DNA of 64,000 nucleotides from the NCBI GenBank assembly GCA_963779435.1, contig CAVZYL010000026.1, forward strand, positions 19,779 through 83,778, given 5' to 3'. This document shows, one piece after another, positions 59,775 to 64,000 of the stretch (within the stretch, counting starts at the first letter, position 1; each line of letters begins with the position of its first letter). The notes under the pieces are model-generated. The model did not search any database. It was not told where the DNA came from and saw only the letters and a program-made list of their open reading frames with translations. A program made the translations under genes and the position numbers. This DNA is from an uncultured beta proteobacterium. GTDB lineage: Bacteria; Pseudomonadota; Gammaproteobacteria; Burkholderiales; Burkholderiaceae_C.

Positions 59775-60260
59775 ATGAAGCTGCAATCGCTTGCCAGGGC
59801 ACTTCAGCTCTCCTTGCGGGCGGCCGTGGCAGCCGGCCTCTCGCTCGTGTTCGCGCAGATGCTGAACCTCGAATTCCCGATCTACGCGTTCATTGCGGCG
59901 GTCATCGTCACCGATCTGTCGCCGGCCCAGACCACACGGCTGGGCTGGCGGCGCCTGGTCGCAACCGTTGTCGGAGCGACCTGCGGCGCCGCGCTCAGTG
60001 GGGCGCTCCCGCACGGGCCCTGGGCCATCGCACTGGGTGTGCTGATCGCCATGCTGGTATGCAGTCTCATACGCATGCAGGAGGGCGCCAAGGTGGCTGG
60101 CTACATCTGCGGCATCGTCATGCTGTCCTTCGGCGCCGAGCCGTGGTTCTACGCGTTCTATCGCTTGCTGGAGACCGCGCTGGGCATCGGCGTGGCGTGG
60201 GTGATCAGCCTCGTGCCCAAGCTCGTGCGCCTCGACGCCTCGGACGACGAGACCCCCTGA
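59775..60260 (+). CDS. FUSC/ArAE-like membrane protein (short form)
   Basis: 161 aa with about five hydrophobic helices. The N-terminus (LQLSLRAAVAAGLSLVFAQMLNLEFPIYAFIAAVIV) resembles the aromatic-acid-exporter/FUSC family. Confidence 0.55.
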   Translation: MKLQSLARALQLSLRAAVAAGLSLVFAQMLNLEFPIYAFIAAVIVTDLSPAQTTRLGWRRLVATVVGATCGAALSGALPHGPWAIALGVLIAMLVCSLIRMQEGAKVAGYICGIVMLSFGAEPWFYAFYRLLETALGIGVAWVISLVPKLVRLDASDDETP

Positions 60261-60306
60261 AAGGCCTGGCGAAGCGCGCGTGGCCATCTGGTGCGCGCGC
60301 AGTGCG

Positions 60307-60969
60307 TCATCGTGGCGGCAAGGTGGCTAACAGCTCGGCAAAGCCGGTCCAGAGTATCTGGATGCCGATGCAGATGAGGATGAAGGCGAACAGGCGGCCC
60401 AGGGCATCCGAGCCGCGCTCGCCGAGCGCGTCCTCGATGCGATCGGCGAACCGGTAGCACAGATACACCAGGGTCGCGATGCCGAGCACGGCGAGCAGGC
60501 CGCCGATCATGGCGCTGGCCACCGCCGCGGCCGACATGCCCTGGTCGCCGGACCCGCCGGTGCCGACCGCGATGGCGACGGCCACCGTTCCCGGGCCGGC
60601 GGTGAGCGGCATCGTCAACGGATAGAACGCCATGTCCTCGAGCTCTCGCTCCGCGCCGGCACCGTCGGCCTGTGCACCTGCGCTCGGCTGCCGCGGCGCA
60701 TCGAGGGCCCGCCATCCCGACATCGCCAGCACCAGGCCGCCGGCCACGCGCAGCACCGGCACGGAGATGCCGAACAGCTGCAGCACGAACGCGCCGACGA
60801 AGAGCGCAACGATCATGATCAGGAAGGCGTAGAACGCGATCTGGCGCGCCAGAGACGCCCGCAGCTGGCGACTGCCGCGCCGGGTGATGGCGAGGAACAG
60901 CAGCGCCGACCCCGGCGGATTGACGATCGGCAGCAGCGCAAGAAACACGAGCAGAAAGGACTGGAGCAT
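60307..60969 (-). CDS. MarC-family (UPF0056) integral membrane protein
   Basis: 220 aa. The N-terminal signature is FLLVFLALLPIVNPPGSALLFL, followed by six hydrophobic segments. Confidence 0.8.
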   Translation of the reverse strand: MLQSFLLVFLALLPIVNPPGSALLFLAITRRGSRQLRASLARQIAFYAFLIMIVALFVGAFVLQLFGISVPVLRVAGGLVLAMSGWRALDAPRQPSAGAQADGAGAERELEDMAFYPLTMPLTAGPGTVAVAIAVGTGGSGDQGMSAAAVASAMIGGLLAVLGIATLVYLCYRFADRIEDALGERGSDALGRLFAFILICIGIQILWTGFAELLATLPPR

Positions 60970-60981
60970 GGCGGGCGGTCC

Positions 60982-62676
60982 TCAGGCGATCAGCCAGACG
61001 ATCACGGTACCCCAGGTGGTGAGCAGAATGTGGCCGATCGCCACCGTGCCGGAATAGCCGAGCACGGCGACCGTGCTGCCTGAGCGCGCCTGCACGGCGG
61101 CCAGCCCGGCCGTCATCGTCAATGCGCCGGCGAGTCCGCCGAGCACCAGCAACGGGTTCAGGCGCAGGACATAGCACCCGAAGTACAGGCCAGCGACCAG
61201 CGGCACCAGGGTCACCACGATGCCGCCGAAGAACAGCCCGACACCGGCTTCGCGCAGGGCCTCGACGAAGTGCGGCCCGGCGCCCAAGCCGATCATGGCC
61301 ACGAAGCCGGCCAGCCCAAGTGAGTTCATGAACGCGATCGCACCGCCCGGAATGCGGCCGAAGCGCGGCCGGATCGAGTGCAGGTAGCCGGTGAGCAGGC
61401 CCGCGAGCAGCGTGCCGACGCTGGTGCCGATGGCGATCTTCATGGCGCCGAGCGGGACGACGATGGCCAGTCCGGCGAGCGAGCCGAGCAATATGCCGAG
61501 CGCCAGCGCGACGAAGTCCGTGCTGTCCGTCGTATGCAGCACGTCGCCGGCCAACGCGGCGACCTTCGTCACCGCATGCTCCGGTCCTTCCAGCCGCAGC
61601 ACGTCCGCGCGTTCGACCGTGGTGCGCGGCCCGACCGGAATTTCGTGACCGCCACGGCGAATGCCGCGCAGGAAGACACTGCGCACAAGCTCGGACGAGC
61701 GCGCGATCTCCTCGAGCGTCTTGCCGGCAAACACATCGCTGCTGACGAACACGTCGTAAGTGGCGGTCGGCACGTCGAGCGCTTCGCGATCCTCGACTTC
61801 CTCCACCGTCGTGCGGCCGATGATCTCGACCAGGGCCGCGCGCCGCCCGGACACGACTACGACGTCACCGCCCTGCAGTTGCGTATCCGGCGCCGCGTCC
61901 ATCAACTGCCCGCCACGCCGGATGCGCTCGATGAAGACCCGCGTACCCGGGACCATCGCTTCGGCTTGCGCCACGGTCTTGCCGGCGATGCGCGCATCGG
62001 CCGGCAGCCGGTAGCCGCGCATCTCGAACGGCCGCCATGCCGAGAACACGCCGGGCTGGCTGCTGTCCAGGCCCAACTCCGTTTCCAACTTCTGTGCCTC
62101 GGCCTTGAGATCGATGGCGAGCAGCCGCGGCCCGATTTCGCTGCAGAACATGATCAGGCCGAAGGTGCCGAACAGGTAACACAGCGCATCTGCGACCGCA
62201 ATGTGGCTGACCAGCCGTGCACGCTCCGCTTCAGGCAGCGCCAGTGTGCCGATGGCTTCGGTCGCGGTGCCGATCGCGGGTGACTCGGTGAGCGCTCCCG
62301 ACAGCAGCCCGGCCGCGAACCCCGGGTCGAGATGGAGGAACTTCGCAACGCCGAATGCGGTGCCGAGGCCGACGGCACAGATGAAGGCGGCGAGCCCTGC
62401 CCAGCGCAGACCGTCGCCCTTCATTGCCTGGAAGAACTTCGGCCCGACCGAGTAGCCGATGCTGAACAGGAACATCAGGAACAGGATCGATTTGGCCGTC
62501 GACGAAATCGGCACCTTGAAGAAGTAGCCGACCAGCACGCCGACGATCAGCGAGCCTGTCACCGGCCCGAGCCCGAACCCGCGGAACTTGAATCCGCCGA
62601 CCCAGTAACCGATGCCGACGACGAGGAAGACCGGTAGTTCCGGATACTTCGCGAAGATAGCCGCAAGCCAGGCCAC
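60982..62676 (-). CDS. Aspartate:alanine exchanger (AAE) family transporter (YidE/YbjL-like, two TrkA-C/RCK_C domains)
   Basis: 564 aa with a GTG start. Duplicated membrane halves flank a soluble region with two RCK_C-like repeats (...GKTVAQAEAM...GGDVVVVSG... and ...GKTLEEIARS...ADVLRLEG). Confidence 0.8.
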   Translation of the reverse strand: MAWLAAIFAKYPELPVFLVVGIGYWVGGFKFRGFGLGPVTGSLIVGVLVGYFFKVPISSTAKSILFLMFLFSIGYSVGPKFFQAMKGDGLRWAGLAAFICAVGLGTAFGVAKFLHLDPGFAAGLLSGALTESPAIGTATEAIGTLALPEAERARLVSHIAVADALCYLFGTFGLIMFCSEIGPRLLAIDLKAEAQKLETELGLDSSQPGVFSAWRPFEMRGYRLPADARIAGKTVAQAEAMVPGTRVFIERIRRGGQLMDAAPDTQLQGGDVVVVSGRRAALVEIIGRTTVEEVEDREALDVPTATYDVFVSSDVFAGKTLEEIARSSELVRSVFLRGIRRGGHEIPVGPRTTVERADVLRLEGPEHAVTKVAALAGDVLHTTDSTDFVALALGILLGSLAGLAIVVPLGAMKIAIGTSVGTLLAGLLTGYLHSIRPRFGRIPGGAIAFMNSLGLAGFVAMIGLGAGPHFVEALREAGVGLFFGGIVVTLVPLVAGLYFGCYVLRLNPLLVLGGLAGALTMTAGLAAVQARSGSTVAVLGYSGTVAIGHILLTTWGTVIVWLIA

Positions 62677-62692
62677 GGAAATCCGAGCCAGG

Positions 62693-64000
62693 TCAACCCG
62701 CGACGAGCAGCAACCAGGGCGTACCGATCAACAGGTAGATCGCCATGAACGCGACGGTGGTGACGAGCCCGAGCTTGTAGAGCTCGCCCTGCTTGAGGTA
62801 ACCGCTGGCCACGAAGATGACGTTCTGGCTGCCGCCCTGTGGGGTGATGACCGAGAAGTAGCTGCTCGCGAACAGCAGGCCCGGCGCCATCAGCGCGGGC
62901 GGCACGCCGCCGCGAATGCCGACATCGAGGAAGACGGCGAGCAGCGCCAGCATCTGCGAGGTCTGGCTGACGAAGAAGTAGTGCAGGCCGACGTAGAGCG
63001 CGATCAACAGAACGTACAGCACCGGCCATGAAAGGCCACCCAGGCGCGAGGCAAGGCGCTCGCCCACGTAGCCCATGAAGCCGAGTTCGTTCAACTGCGC
63101 GCTCAGCGCGAAAAGAATCGCGAGCCAGAGGAAGGTCGCCAGCGTGTCGCCCTGCTTGGAGATGTCGTCCAGCGTCAGCACGCCGGCCACCAGCAGCACG
63201 CCGAAGCCCATGAACGCGACGCTGGTCGAATTGAGATTCAGTGCACTGCCGAGCACCCAGCCAGCGACCATGACCACGAATGTCAGTGCCGTGACCCACT
63301 CGTCGCGCGACATCGACCCCATGCCGGCGAGATCCCTGCGCGCTGCGGCGGGGGCCTCGGGCGTCGCGCCGACGCCGGGCGAGAAGATCTTCGCCACGAG
63401 CAACGGCAATATCAGGATCGCGGTGAACGTCGGCACCGACGAGGCGAGGAACCAGCCCGCGAAGCCGATCTCGAGGCCGGCCTTCTGCGCGATCTGCACG
63501 CCGATCGGGTTGCAGGACGTCGCAGTGAGCCAGAGGGCGGACGACAGCGCCAGGCTGGCCATGCCGCAGAACATCAGGTAGCCACCGAGCCGTCGCCCTT
63601 CCGGGTCATTGGGTTCTGAGCCCGCGCCCTTGGCCACCGACAGCACGATCGGGAACAGCACCCCGCCGCGCGCGGTGTTGCTGGGAAATGCCGGCGCGAT
63701 GGCCGCGTCGGTGAGCACGATGCTGTAGGCCAGACCGAGCGGTGAGCCACCGAAGCGGCTGACCATCAACAGGCTGATCCGCCGCCCGAGGCCTGACTTC
63801 ACGACCGCCTGCGCGACGACGAAGGCAATCACCACCAGCAGCACGCTCGAATTGGCGAAACCGGAAAAGGCCTGCGCCGGCGTGATCGTTCCGGTGAGAA
63901 CGACGGTTGCGACGGCAATCATCGAGGCCGTCAGCAACGGGAAGGAGCCGATGAGCACGCAGGCGATGGCGGCGACGAAGACCGCGAACAGGTGCCACGC
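62693..64000 (-). CDS. DASS-family (SLC13-like) anion:cation symporter/exchanger, N-terminus outside the window
   Basis: Track ORF 62693..63958. The same frame stays open to nt 64000 (…WHLFAVFVAAIACVLIGSFPLL…), so the gene continues beyond the window. Hydrophobic throughout, with the conserved FPSNTARGG and SGYL motifs. Confidence 0.8.
   Translation of the reverse strand, partial: AWHLFAVFVAAIACVLIGSFPLLTASMIAVATVVLTGTITPAQAFSGFANSSVLLVVIAFVVAQAVVKSGLGRRISLLMVSRFGGSPLGLAYSIVLTDAAIAPAFPSNTARGGVLFPIVLSVAKGAGSEPNDPEGRRLGGYLMFCGMASLALSSALWLTATSCNPIGVQIAQKAGLEIGFAGWFLASSVPTFTAILILPLLVAKIFSPGVGATPEAPAAARRDLAGMGSMSRDEWVTALTFVVMVAGWVLGSALNLNSTSVAFMGFGVLLVAGVLTLDDISKQGDTLATFLWLAILFALSAQLNELGFMGYVGERLASRLGGLSWPVLYVLLIALYVGLHYFFVSQTSQMLALLAVFLDVGIRGGVPPALMAPGLLFASSYFSVITPQGGSQNVIFVASGYLKQGELYKLGLVTTVAFMAIYLLIGTPWLLLVAG

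Overview
This is a high-GC (about 70% by eye) chromosomal segment. Gene content and micro-synteny (sixA-ppk1, polA-DUF2782-thrB type II, ribF-ileS-lspA, a Bug/TctC binding protein, DUF3108 next to an M61 peptidase) suggest a Burkholderiales, Comamonadaceae-like betaproteobacterium. That taxonomic call is inference only. I place 56 protein-coding loci, one tRNA-Leu(CAA) and a few hairpins. The many long ORFs antisense to these genes are GC-driven shadow ORFs. Content is mostly core housekeeping: aroC, metY, ppk1, polA, thrB, uvrD, guaC, gor, valS, galU, cysM, ribF, ileS, lspA, acyl-CoA dehydrogenases and an enoyl-CoA hydratase. I found no transposase, integrase, phage gene, CRISPR array, toxin-antitoxin pair or recognisable defence island, so I do not see a clear-cut new multi-gene system here. 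Six things deserve a second look. (1) Nine conserved genes, including essential valS and polA, are broken by small indels confined to five discrete blocks. This looks like local sequence-quality failure rather than biology. (2) A 220-aa ORF carries 38 consecutive proline codons. (3) The only accessory-looking stretch (about 11.6-19.4 kb) encodes a MalT-like STAND NTPase whose SARP (wHTH+BTAD) output domain is C-terminal. It is translationally coupled to a small membrane protein and a lower-GC secreted Ig-like protein. An ACAGATG-N4-ACAGATG direct repeat sits in its promoter region, and a Ser/Thr kinase-Sel1/lipoprotein pair converges on it. (4) A rhomboid protease starts 12 nt after the tRNA-Leu and is followed by a trypsin-fold/PDZ protein whose catalytic His and Asp appear substituted. 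(5) galU is lower in GC and may be leaderless. (6) There is an orphan ParA-like ATPase and a small GIY-YIG-like ORF. All family assignments come from motif-level reading of the translations; no database search was run.
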